From Oligoflexales bacterium (GTDB taxonomy: Bacteria; Bdellovibrionota_B; Oligoflexia; Oligoflexales; RGVZ01), in the NCBI GenBank assembly GCA_044236265.1, contig JBIIGV010000082.1, positions 1 through 12,449 on the forward strand: a DNA stretch of 12,449 nucleotides, written 5' to 3'. Of the stretch, positions 1 through 8,129 are shown in pieces (the first letter of the stretch is position 1; each line of letters opens with the position of its first letter). The position numbers were made by a program, and so were the translations under genes. The notes under the pieces were generated by a model. It searched no databases. It saw only the letters and a program-made list of their open reading frames with translations, and was not told where the DNA came from.

Positions 1-242
1 TGGGAGGCATAAAATATTTTTTCCCGCAGGGTGCGTACTATATTTTTGTCGATATTCGCGACAATCTGCGCGGCGGTGACACGAGCTTAAATTTTAGCGA
101 AAGACTGCTTCAGGAGCATCATCTAGCTCTGGCACCTGGTGAGGCATTTGGCGCTCCAGGATTTTTACGTCTGAGTTATGCCACAGACGAAGAGACGATT
201 ACTGAAGGAATCAAGAGACTCCACAAAGCATTGGTCGGATGA
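1..242 (+). CDS. PLP-dependent aminotransferase class I/II (aspartate aminotransferase-like), C-terminal fragment, 5' truncated by the window edge
   Basis: Not in the ORF track. Manual translation from nt 3 gives GGIKYFFPQGAYYIFVDIRD...LALAPGEAFGAPGFLRLSYATDEETITEGIKRLHKALVG*, with TGA at 240-242. PQGAYY, PGxAFG and the conserved RLSYA arginine are class I/II aminotransferase C-terminal signatures. Confidence 0.9.
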   Translation, partial: GGIKYFFPQGAYYIFVDIRDNLRGGDTSLNFSERLLQEHHLALAPGEAFGAPGFLRLSYATDEETITEGIKRLHKALVG

Positions 243-285
243 ATTTGACGAAAACGTTAATGCTCAAGAGATAAGGTCCAACGTC

Positions 286-1341
286 ATGAGCCTTTTAGAA
301 AAATCTGAAGTCATAAAAAAAGAGTTCGAAGCCGACCGTGCAAAAGCGGTATCGGATGCCAAGCCTGAGGCTGTGGAAGCATTACGGGTCTCTTACCTAG
401 GACGTAAAGGCAAAGTCACTGCACTTATGGAAGACCTAAGAAACGTCTCCAAGGAAGACCGGCCCGCAGCAGGAAAGGCCGTCAATCTCATCAGGCAATT
501 CATCGAAGGCTCGATTGACGAACTAAAATCTCAAGCAAGAAGCTGGGAACTTGCAGCCATCATTAACCGTGAACCGCTAGATGTAACTCTACCAGTAGAC
601 GAACAGAAACAAGTGGGATCGCTGCATCCTGTTTCCATCGTACGCCAGCAGCTGATCAAGGTGTTCCGCACACTGGGCTTTACCGTAGTTGACGGCCCCG
701 AGATTGATTTCGACTTCTTCAACTTCTCGGCCCTCAACATCCCAGATCACCATCCAGCAAGAGACATGCAAGATACGTTTTATGTGGATGCTCCGGAAAA
801 AATGCTACTCAGGACTCATACCTCGAATATTCAAATTCACGCCATGCTCAATGAGCGCCCCCCCCTTCGCGTCATTGCCCCGGGCCGAGTCTTCCGCTGC
901 GACAACGACATGACCCATACTCCGATGTTCCACCAAATCGAAGGCTTTGTTGTGGATGAAAACATCACGTTTGCTCATCTCAAAGGAACCATAGACACAT
1001 TCCTGAAGGCCATCTTTGGCTCAACGCTAAAGACACGTTTCCGTCCCAGTTTTTTCCCGTTTGTTGAACCAGGCGCTGAGTTCGACGTGGAGTGCGGCGT
1101 CTGCAAGGGCAAAGGATGTCGAACCTGTAAAGACACAGGTTGGATTGAAATCGGCGGTTGCGGCATGATTCATCCCAATGTGTTTGAGGCAGTGGGCTAC
1201 GACAGCAGTCGCTACTCCGGGTTTGCCTTTGGCTTTGGCATGGACCGAATCGCGATGAATCGGTTTGCACTTCCGGATCTTCGCCAACTGTTCGAAGGCG
1301 ACTATGAGTTTCTTGGACACTTCCCCGTACACAGCAACTAA
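286..1341 (+). CDS. pheS: Phenylalanine--tRNA ligase alpha subunit (351 aa)
   Basis: Motifs YLGRKG, HPARDMQDTFY, LLRTHTS, PGRVFRCD, THTPMFHQIEG, RFRPSFFPFVEP, GCGMIHPNV and GFAFGFGMDR. Start moved from 178 (which overlaps the aminotransferase) to ATG 286, preceded by AAGG. Confidence 0.98.
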   Translation: MSLLEKSEVIKKEFEADRAKAVSDAKPEAVEALRVSYLGRKGKVTALMEDLRNVSKEDRPAAGKAVNLIRQFIEGSIDELKSQARSWELAAIINREPLDVTLPVDEQKQVGSLHPVSIVRQQLIKVFRTLGFTVVDGPEIDFDFFNFSALNIPDHHPARDMQDTFYVDAPEKMLLRTHTSNIQIHAMLNERPPLRVIAPGRVFRCDNDMTHTPMFHQIEGFVVDENITFAHLKGTIDTFLKAIFGSTLKTRFRPSFFPFVEPGAEFDVECGVCKGKGCRTCKDTGWIEIGGCGMIHPNVFEAVGYDSSRYSGFAFGFGMDRIAMNRFALPDLRQLFEGDYEFLGHFPVHSN

Positions 1342-1373
1342 ACAATAATCCGTAGACAGTCTCAGGATCATAT

Positions 1374-3917
1374 ATGCAAATCTCGCTCAATTGGCTCAAA
1401 GACTACATCAGCCTCGACGGAATCTCAGTCGAGCAGATATCAAACACGCTGACCGACATCGGTCTTGAAGTTGAAGCCGTTCAAAAGTCCGCTGCGTTTG
1501 GCGACACTGTTGTCGTTGGACGAATTGTTGAGGCAGCAAAGCACCCAAACGCCGACTCGCTAAAAGTATGCAAAGTCGATGTGGGCAAACCAGAGCTTTT
1601 ACAAATAGTCTGTGGCGCACCTAACGCACGAGCCGGCCTAGACGCTTGCGTTGCTCTAGTGGGGACGATTCTTCCCGGAGACTTCAAAATCAAAGACGCT
1701 AAAATTCGCGGCGAAGAAAGCTTTGGCATGATGTGTTCTGCCAAAGAGCTAGGGCTCAGTGACGGACACGAAGGTATCATCGAACTTGAAACAAATTACA
1801 AACCAGGCACTCCTGTTATCAAGGCGCTGGGACTTGATGACGTCATATTAACTCTGAACGTGACCCCCAATCGCGCTGACTGCCTTGGTCATATCGGTGT
1901 AGCGCGAGACTTAAGCGCGAGGCTCGGAAAACCGCTCAAAAAGCCTGCGGCACAGATCAAGTCTCCAAGCGGATCATCAAAAGACATCAAAGTCGATATT
2001 AGAACTGACCGCTGTGGACGATTTGCAGCCCTCTCAATTAAAAACGTTCGCACTGTAAAATCACCTGCATGGTTAAAGCAGCGCGTGGAAGCCGTCGGCA
2101 TGCGTTCAATCAACTTATTGGTTGATATAACGAATTACGTAATGCTTGAGATGAATCACCCTGTTCACGCATACGACGACCGCAACGTGAAAGGTCGACA
2201 GTTCGTCATTCGCGAAGCCAAAGAAGGGGAAACCTTCGTCACCCTCGACAGTAACGAACGAAAACTCAAGGCTGGTGACGTTCTGATTTGTGATGCCGAG
2301 CGTCCAATCGGCCTTGCCGGCATCATGGGCGGTCTTAACAGCGAGATCAAAGAAGACACCACAGGTTTAATCCTGGAGGTGGCTTGGTTTGATCCAAACT
2401 CCGTTCGCGCTACAGCTCGTCGCCTAGGCATTCACTCGGAAGCCTCACACCGATTTGAGCGAGGCGTTGACATCAAGAATGCTGATACCGTAGCCAAACG
2501 TTTTGCAGAGCTTTTGCAGCTGTGCGTTGAACAATTAAATGCTGGCGGTGCCAACATACCAATGCCAGAAATTGCTGGGGATCTGGTTGACCAGTTCCCA
2601 ACAAAACCGCAACCAAAGCTCATTGCACTGCGCATCAGTGAAGCCAAAAACTTTCTAGCCAGCCCTCATCTAACGGCGGACAAGATCAAGAAAATGTTTG
2701 AGGGTCTTGAAATCAACCTCGTAGATCAGGCTCAAGACCGTATGGTTTTTGATATTCCTACGTGGCGTGTGGATATTGAGCGCGAGTGCGACCTCATTGA
2801 AGAAATCGCCCGCCTCCAAGGTTACGACAAAGTTCCTTACGAATTGCCACGCATGTCATTGCAGCCGACACCAGAAGACGCGCTTGTTGACTTTATCGAG
2901 TCCGCGAGAACGGAAATGGCGGCCAGGGGATTGCGCGAAACAATCAGCTTTCCATTTTGGTCAGATGACGACGCAAAAAAAATGCGTTTACCGGACGGTC
3001 ACCCGCTGGTCCCGACCCTGAAGCTGGCAAATCCAATAGCCGATGACCAACGATGGATGCACACCACTTTAGCCTGCGCATTGATTAAAGCGATTAGTAA
3101 CAACAATCGGCATGGGGTGAAGGGATCGCGACTTTTTGAACTTGGACGCGGCTACTTTGACTTTCACGCCAAGCCCCTCAATCGTTCAGCGTTCAGCATT
3201 TTCAAAAGTTTAGACCGCAAAGGACGCCATTTGAGTTTACGCGCTCGCGAGGAGAAACATCGTCCGACAGAGAGACATTGGATTGGCGGGATTATTGATC
3301 AACCATGGTCCCCTAAAACCTGGGGTTCTGCCGAGGAGACCGCTAGTTTCTTCCACCTTAAGTCAGTCGTGCTATCTTGGCTGCGCGGATTTGGCGTCAC
3401 TGATGTTCAAGTGCATGGTCTGGAAAAGGACGCGATCCCTTTTCTACATCCAGGCGCATCGGCCTATCTATTTGCAAAAGGTCAGGTCATTGGTTGGTTG
3501 GGAGAACTCCACCCAGAGGTTGCGCTAGCCTATGACTTGGAACTAAGTCGAACACCCTTGCTGTTTGAACTTGATCTCGAGTCTGTACTAGATGCCAGCA
3601 GCAAACGTGCCAAGATCCAAACCGAGTCTTATAAGTTTCCGCCAAGCACCAGAGATCTTGCACTACTTGTTGATGCCGATTTGAGTCATGACGCGATGAA
3701 TGCTGCTATCGCCAAGTTTCCACAGAAACGACACCTTCACGAATGGCGTATTTTTGACGTATTTCAAGGCTCAAATATTGCCAAAGGAAAAAAGAGCGTT
3801 GCTTGGTCATTCAGCTTTAGATCGATTGAGAAGACCCTGACAGATCAAGACGTTGAGGGAGAATTCAAAAACCTCACAGGATATTTAACCTCTACATTTA
3901 AGGCGGAACAAAGATGA
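1374..3917 (+). CDS. pheT: Phenylalanine--tRNA ligase beta subunit (847 aa)
   Basis: MQISLNWLKDY start, HPNADSL, IVCGAPN, IRGEESFGMMCS, TPNRADCLG, NLLVDITNYVMLE, RFERGVD, WRVDIERECDLIEEIAR, and a C-terminal anticodon-binding domain (KFPPSTRDLA...GKKSVA). Follows pheS. AGGA upstream of the start. Confidence 0.98.
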   Translation: MQISLNWLKDYISLDGISVEQISNTLTDIGLEVEAVQKSAAFGDTVVVGRIVEAAKHPNADSLKVCKVDVGKPELLQIVCGAPNARAGLDACVALVGTILPGDFKIKDAKIRGEESFGMMCSAKELGLSDGHEGIIELETNYKPGTPVIKALGLDDVILTLNVTPNRADCLGHIGVARDLSARLGKPLKKPAAQIKSPSGSSKDIKVDIRTDRCGRFAALSIKNVRTVKSPAWLKQRVEAVGMRSINLLVDITNYVMLEMNHPVHAYDDRNVKGRQFVIREAKEGETFVTLDSNERKLKAGDVLICDAERPIGLAGIMGGLNSEIKEDTTGLILEVAWFDPNSVRATARRLGIHSEASHRFERGVDIKNADTVAKRFAELLQLCVEQLNAGGANIPMPEIAGDLVDQFPTKPQPKLIALRISEAKNFLASPHLTADKIKKMFEGLEINLVDQAQDRMVFDIPTWRVDIERECDLIEEIARLQGYDKVPYELPRMSLQPTPEDALVDFIESARTEMAARGLRETISFPFWSDDDAKKMRLPDGHPLVPTLKLANPIADDQRWMHTTLACALIKAISNNNRHGVKGSRLFELGRGYFDFHAKPLNRSAFSIFKSLDRKGRHLSLRAREEKHRPTERHWIGGIIDQPWSPKTWGSAEETASFFHLKSVVLSWLRGFGVTDVQVHGLEKDAIPFLHPGASAYLFAKGQVIGWLGELHPEVALAYDLELSRTPLLFELDLESVLDASSKRAKIQTESYKFPPSTRDLALLVDADLSHDAMNAAIAKFPQKRHLHEWRIFDVFQGSNIAKGKKSVAWSFSFRSIEKTLTDQDVEGEFKNLTGYLTSTFKAEQR

Positions 3918-4711
3918 CAAAGAAATTAATCTCTCTTCTGACCGTTTTGCTGTCCGGATCTACATTCGCAGCAGAACTAGCCAAGGTTGATGACATCGTG
4001 ATCACCACTGAGTCATTTACGGCTGCCATGCGCGCGCTGGGCTCCCAAGGGGAGATGGTCGCGTCCAATCCCGAGCTACGTAAACGCTTTCTTGACCATG
4101 TTATTAATAGCCAACTCGTAGCTCGCAAAGCAAAATCAGAGAGCTTTGACAAAGACCCAGCCTACCAAGCACGTCTTGCCGACGTTACTGCACAGCTTCT
4201 GGCAGGAGAATACGTTGACCGGGCCGTAGAAAAAAAATCCAGTGACAAAGATCTTCGCGCCTGGTTTGACCAGAACAAAGACTTATTCTCCACCAAAGAA
4301 GTGCGCGCCATGCATATACTGTGTGACGACGAAGCTACCGCCCAAAAAGCCCTAGGGGAGGTTCAGAAATCTCCTAAGGACTTCGAATCCATTGCCAAGA
4401 AATATTCTAAAGACAAGTCTGTAGATCTAGGGTTTTTTGGGCATGGTCGTATGGTGTCGGAGTTTGAAACGGTGGCTTTTAATTTACCCAAAGGCTCCAT
4501 TCATCCTCAGCCCGTTAAAACAAACTTCGGCTGGCACATCATCAAAGTGACCGACATCAAAGGTGACAAACCTGTTAAATACGAAACGGTTAAAACCGAG
4601 GTTGCAAAGAAATACAGACAGAAGGTTCAAGAAGACTTGATCCACGACTTGCGCCGTCAAAGCAAAATTGCGATCAATGAGAAAAACCTTAAGGACATCA
4701 GACTCCCATGA
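3914..4711 (+). CDS. Secreted parvulin-type peptidyl-prolyl cis-trans isomerase (PpiC/PrsA/SurA-like foldase)
   Basis: Signal peptide MTKKLISLLTVLLSGSTFA-A and a helical N-domain, then rotamase motifs VRAMHIL, FESIAKKYS, DLGFF, MVSEFETVAF and PVKTNFGWHIIKV. ATGA overlap with the pheT stop. Confidence 0.92.
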   Translation: MTKKLISLLTVLLSGSTFAAELAKVDDIVITTESFTAAMRALGSQGEMVASNPELRKRFLDHVINSQLVARKAKSESFDKDPAYQARLADVTAQLLAGEYVDRAVEKKSSDKDLRAWFDQNKDLFSTKEVRAMHILCDDEATAQKALGEVQKSPKDFESIAKKYSKDKSVDLGFFGHGRMVSEFETVAFNLPKGSIHPQPVKTNFGWHIIKVTDIKGDKPVKYETVKTEVAKKYRQKVQEDLIHDLRRQSKIAINEKNLKDIRLP

Positions 4712-5184
4712 GGAATCTTTGTTCGCTGGTGACTTGCCTCTCGCTTTGGGTATCAACTCCATCGATCGCCGGCTCTAACTTCACCCCCGGCACCACCGGA
4801 TTTGGAATCTCAGTGGGAGACTTTGGCGGCCTCACACTGTACCACAAACTGAGTGATCAGAATTTTGTCCAGGCAATGATCAGCCGTGATCTCTTGCTGG
4901 CGGCGGACTATGCGTATACATTCCCGGGCGCAGTTCCTTCAGCGCCCAACTTGGTGCCATTTGTCGGTGGCGGTGGATTTGCATTCAGCACAAGATATTG
5001 GGACGTCTACGAAGAGCGTGGCAGAAGGCTGACTGGGATTGGAGCCAGAATTCCTCTGGGTGTTCTGGTTCAGTTTCCGACTGCTCCCGTACACATTCAT
5101 GCAGACGTAACACCCACATGCACAGTGATACCATTTGTAGAGTCTTTTCTGGCAGTCCAAGTAGGGGTCAGGTTTATTTTATAA
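4708..5184 (+). CDS. Small secreted protein, probable outer-membrane beta-barrel (DUF3996/OMP-like)
   Basis: Signal peptide ending SIA. Gly/aromatic-rich amphipathic strands (FGISVG, GLTLY, PFVGGGG, IGARIPLGV). The C-terminal strand LAVQVGVRFIL resembles a beta-signal. ATGA overlap with the PPIase stop. Confidence 0.65.
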   Translation: MRNLCSLVTCLSLWVSTPSIAGSNFTPGTTGFGISVGDFGGLTLYHKLSDQNFVQAMISRDLLLAADYAYTFPGAVPSAPNLVPFVGGGGFAFSTRYWDVYEERGRRLTGIGARIPLGVLVQFPTAPVHIHADVTPTCTVIPFVESFLAVQVGVRFIL

Positions 5185-5192
5185 GTAAATTA

Positions 5193-5216
5193 ACTCGGCA
5201 ACAAAAATTGCCGAGT
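5193..5216. terminator. Hairpin between convergent genes, probable bidirectional terminator
   Basis: Perfect 9-bp inverted repeat ACTCGGCAA-caaaaa-TTGCCGAGT in the 46-nt gap between the stops at 5184 and 5231. U-tracts are weak on both strands. Confidence 0.6.
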
Positions 5217-5230
5217 GTACCTCTTTGCGA

Positions 5231-6742
5231 TTAACGAATGACGTGAAACCGCACTCGTTGGTCATCGACAGTGATTGGACCGGATTTCCATTTTATCTCC
5301 AGAACGTGAAGCCCATCCGATACTTTGGATAGGCTAGCTCGCGGAGCGATACTTTGGTCAAACGGAACACGATTTCCGTCAAGAACAGCCTCAACAGTGG
5401 CCCCTGATAAACCCTCTTTACGCTTCAACAGGATTTCAATCGCATCATCAACTGCGAACGCGGCTCCAGTGTTTGCGCCGTTAATCTGGACATCAAACTT
5501 TGGAAATCGTCCCCACTCTGTGGCGAGCTTAGGCTCCATTAGTCCGGTTGGAGGATTGTTAGGGTCTGCGCCAATGGATTCAGCCCATAATTTTAAAATC
5601 TCTTTTGCATCCAAATTCGGGTTAGCACTGTAAGGCGTGCCATCCCCGGGCATTGGTTCCAGCGCTACCCAGATAAAGTCAGGATGATCTCGTTGACTCG
5701 TGCTGACCCACTCCCCTCCGATAATGTCACCTGCATCATTGAGCTCAAGAATGTAGTAATAAGCCTTCGCTTTATAGCGCTGCTCAGTGGCTACCGTGTT
5801 TGTCATTCTCTCTTCGACAAACGCATTCGTATGATAAATAGTCATGGCAACACTACGAAACTGTTTTGCATTAGGATTAAATTTATATTCATCCGTACTG
5901 CTGCCTGTGATGATCCTGTTTGCATCAGCTCGACTTACGGTACGGCTATCAAATGAATATTTCCAATGCGGATAATTCCACACCTGCTCCTTCGACGACT
6001 CATCCATAATCAGCGGATATTTCTGAATGCCAATCCAGTTTGTCACTGCCACGTGGAATGTTCCTGGATTAACGTCATCACAGGCGCCCATCGTCAGTGG
6101 GTCCTGACGACTTCCTGGAGGGGTCAATGGTGCGTCATTCACTAGACCGCAACGATTTCCGCCCAAAAAATAAAACTTAGCCCCCATGTATACTTCAGCG
6201 AGCAAGGCCTTAATGTCTTCTGGATAAAAAGTCACATCGCCGCGAACAACTTGTTTTGAAGGCTCTTGATGACGGCTTGAGGCTGCAGAAAAACCATTAC
6301 AATGACCCGCCCATGCTGCGGAGTCATCGCTGGCCCCAACTGTATGATTTTTACGTTCCCAATCAGTAGCTTTAGCTGTTGAACTCTTATTAAAAACAGC
6401 ATCATACTTCTCAAGAGGGCTGTTGCCGCGCATCCTAACATTTGTACCACCACGATTTTGCGGATACCAACTTCCAACATAAGGCAGACGTTCCGCAGCA
6501 GCTTCCCCGGTGTTCTTGGCTGCATCAAACTTCAGATCGTAGTCTCGCTTGAAGAGAGCGTAATAGAAATTACTTTTGGCACGAATCTCCGTTTGGCCCG
6601 ACGCATAAAACTGGACCATGGGATCGGCAGGAGTCGTCTTTGTGAAGACCGGCGCCAGGGTCTCCTTATTGGTTGACGGCTTACACATCACCAAGAACGG
6701 GAGCAAAACTCCGATGGCAATTAAACCGCAAAAAGATCTCAT
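5231..6742 (-). CDS. Transglutaminase-elicitor (GP42/TGase_elicitor)-like probable lipoprotein, 503 aa, with a C-terminal beta-rich domain
   Basis: Ordered motifs PYVGSWYP, SPLEKYD, WAGHCNGF, EP...VTFYPEDIKALL, DVNPGTFHV, VWNYP, YYYILEL...IIGGEW and HPDFIW match the oomycete GP42 family and its bacterial homologues. Hydrophobic N-terminus ending FLVM-C. Start moved to ATG 6742, which has GGAG upstream. Confidence 0.82.
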   Translation of the reverse strand: MRSFCGLIAIGVLLPFLVMCKPSTNKETLAPVFTKTTPADPMVQFYASGQTEIRAKSNFYYALFKRDYDLKFDAAKNTGEAAAERLPYVGSWYPQNRGGTNVRMRGNSPLEKYDAVFNKSSTAKATDWERKNHTVGASDDSAAWAGHCNGFSAASSRHQEPSKQVVRGDVTFYPEDIKALLAEVYMGAKFYFLGGNRCGLVNDAPLTPPGSRQDPLTMGACDDVNPGTFHVAVTNWIGIQKYPLIMDESSKEQVWNYPHWKYSFDSRTVSRADANRIITGSSTDEYKFNPNAKQFRSVAMTIYHTNAFVEERMTNTVATEQRYKAKAYYYILELNDAGDIIGGEWVSTSQRDHPDFIWVALEPMPGDGTPYSANPNLDAKEILKLWAESIGADPNNPPTGLMEPKLATEWGRFPKFDVQINGANTGAAFAVDDAIEILLKRKEGLSGATVEAVLDGNRVPFDQSIAPRASLSKVSDGLHVLEIKWKSGPITVDDQRVRFHVIR

Positions 6743-6803
6743 GAGAAATCTCTCCAACCACTTTAAATTAACTTGTGACTAGGGATATTTTACGCATTCG
6801 GCC

Positions 6804-6840
6804 AAAAAATTACCACCCGCCCCCATCGAGGGCAGGTGGC
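6804..6840 (-). terminator. Rho-independent terminator after the VWA lipoprotein gene
   Basis: The - strand reads GCCACCTGCCCTC-gat-GGGGGCGGGTGGT-AATTTTTT: a 13-bp stem including G:U pairs that form only on this strand, followed by a U-run. Confidence 0.7.
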
Positions 6841-6895
6841 TCTTGCTGGTATTTCATTAAGCCGTGGAGGGACTTAATAAAAATCTAAGTTCGAA

Positions 6896-7936
6896 TTATT
6901 GGCATTTAATAGCGCGGGTACGTAGAACTTGCTTCACAGCGTTTGGTAACTCACTGGAATTCGCAATTTCAACCTTCCAACGCTGACAGACGGAACCCTG
7001 AGAATCGACACAGGTTGGAACAACCTGACTTGTAACCGCGTCCACAAGGGGGACTCGGCCATTACGCCCCAAAATATCGTCTAGATAGGCATCAAATGTT
7101 TGGTAGCGTTGGGCATTGTAATAATGACCTGGTTGGCTTCTTTGATCATAGCTTTGCAGCATCTGAGCATGGGCAGCTTGGCGTTGCGAGCGCGTCTGCG
7201 AGTTACCAACGAAAATAGTGACAATTTCAACACCAGAGGCTCGCAGTGCTTTGGCACGATCAGAAACCTCAGCTGGGTCACGATCAGTTGGCTCACCATC
7301 AGTCACGAGGACAGCGAGCTTCGCGCGTCCATCGTTGGAGTTTGCACTAAATAAACCCGCAGCAGCAGCAATCGCCGTACCGTAAGGAGTTGCACCAAAT
7401 GGATCACGAGCAAACTGCATCGCTGTTTGAATACCAGTGCGATTTTCGGCAGCTGGACGACTGCTCACCCAACCATTGGTGGCAATTTTCACAGTCTGCA
7501 CAGCATTACCCTCTGCAGGGAATGCTACGATTGACATGTTACTTGCAGCCATCGGCGAAGAATCTCGAGCAGAGACATCAGCCAACAGGTCAAAAGCAGC
7601 GAGCACCGCTTTTTCCCGGTTCGTCTCTTGTCCGCAACGATACATGTCTGCGCCATTTATATTTCGCGCAACCGTTGCACTTGGACAGTCGGTTGCAGCG
7701 TTTGAACTAGAGTTATCAACTAAAAAGGCAATGTTGGCGCCAATCGACTTTTGATTTGGGGCGCAAACAGGGCTATCAGGAGCCTGCGTCGTTGGAATTG
7801 AGGTTGTATTGGTTTGAATTCTGGGGGGCGTGCCGCGTTTTTTGCTGCCGCCACCACCGGTTAAATCACCACAGGCATTTAGGGACAAGATCAGGGGAAC
7901 AAGACCCACAGCCCAAATCGAGTTTCTCGCAAACAT
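6896..7936 (-). CDS. von Willebrand factor A (VWA) domain lipoprotein, 346 aa
   Basis: Lipobox LSLNA-C and a Gly/Thr/Pro-rich linker. Complete MIDAS: FLVDNSSS (DxSxS), GATPYGTAI (T) and VLVTDGEP (D). Start moved to ATG 7936, with GGAGG 6 nt upstream. Confidence 0.88.
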   Translation of the reverse strand: MFARNSIWAVGLVPLILSLNACGDLTGGGGSKKRGTPPRIQTNTTSIPTTQAPDSPVCAPNQKSIGANIAFLVDNSSSNAATDCPSATVARNINGADMYRCGQETNREKAVLAAFDLLADVSARDSSPMAASNMSIVAFPAEGNAVQTVKIATNGWVSSRPAAENRTGIQTAMQFARDPFGATPYGTAIAAAAGLFSANSNDGRAKLAVLVTDGEPTDRDPAEVSDRAKALRASGVEIVTIFVGNSQTRSQRQAAHAQMLQSYDQRSQPGHYYNAQRYQTFDAYLDDILGRNGRVPLVDAVTSQVVPTCVDSQGSVCQRWKVEIANSSELPNAVKQVLRTRAIKCQ

Positions 7937-8020
7937 TGACAACCTCCACATCATAAAACCAGCTTCAACAGACATTCAGCAAGATAACAACCTCCGCTTT
8001 CAGGGAGGCCAATCAAAGTT

Positions 8021-8049
8021 ATTAAAGCATTTCTATTAAAATAAGTCAA
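8021..8049 (-). promoter_or_regulatory. Putative sigma70 promoter for the VWA lipoprotein gene
   Basis: TTGACT (8049-8044), 17-nt spacer, TTTAAT (8026-8021) preceded by TG, with AT-rich upstream sequence. The -10 lacks the usual second-position A. Confidence 0.4.
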
Positions 8050-8071
8050 GATTTTATTAGAATGATTTAAA

Positions 8072-8109
8072 ATAAAAAAGCCCCCAACCCATCTGGGCGG
8101 GGGACTTTT
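8072..8109 (-). terminator. Rho-independent terminator after the BamE-like gene
   Basis: The - strand reads AAAAGTCCCCCGCCCAGATGGGTTGGGGGCTTTTTTATT: a GC-rich stem plus U6, about 20 nt after the stop at 8130. Confidence 0.8.
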
Positions 8110-8129
8110 AGATATATAACTCAATATTG

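Noticed and set aside
178..285. 36-aa N-terminal extension of PheS in the ORF track
   Set aside because: It overlaps the aminotransferase 3' end in another frame. ATG 286 has an SD and gives a normal-length PheS.
1093..1128. CxxC-x4-CxxC motif (CGVCKGKGCRTC) in PheS
   Set aside because: A widespread, known feature of many bacterial PheS proteins.
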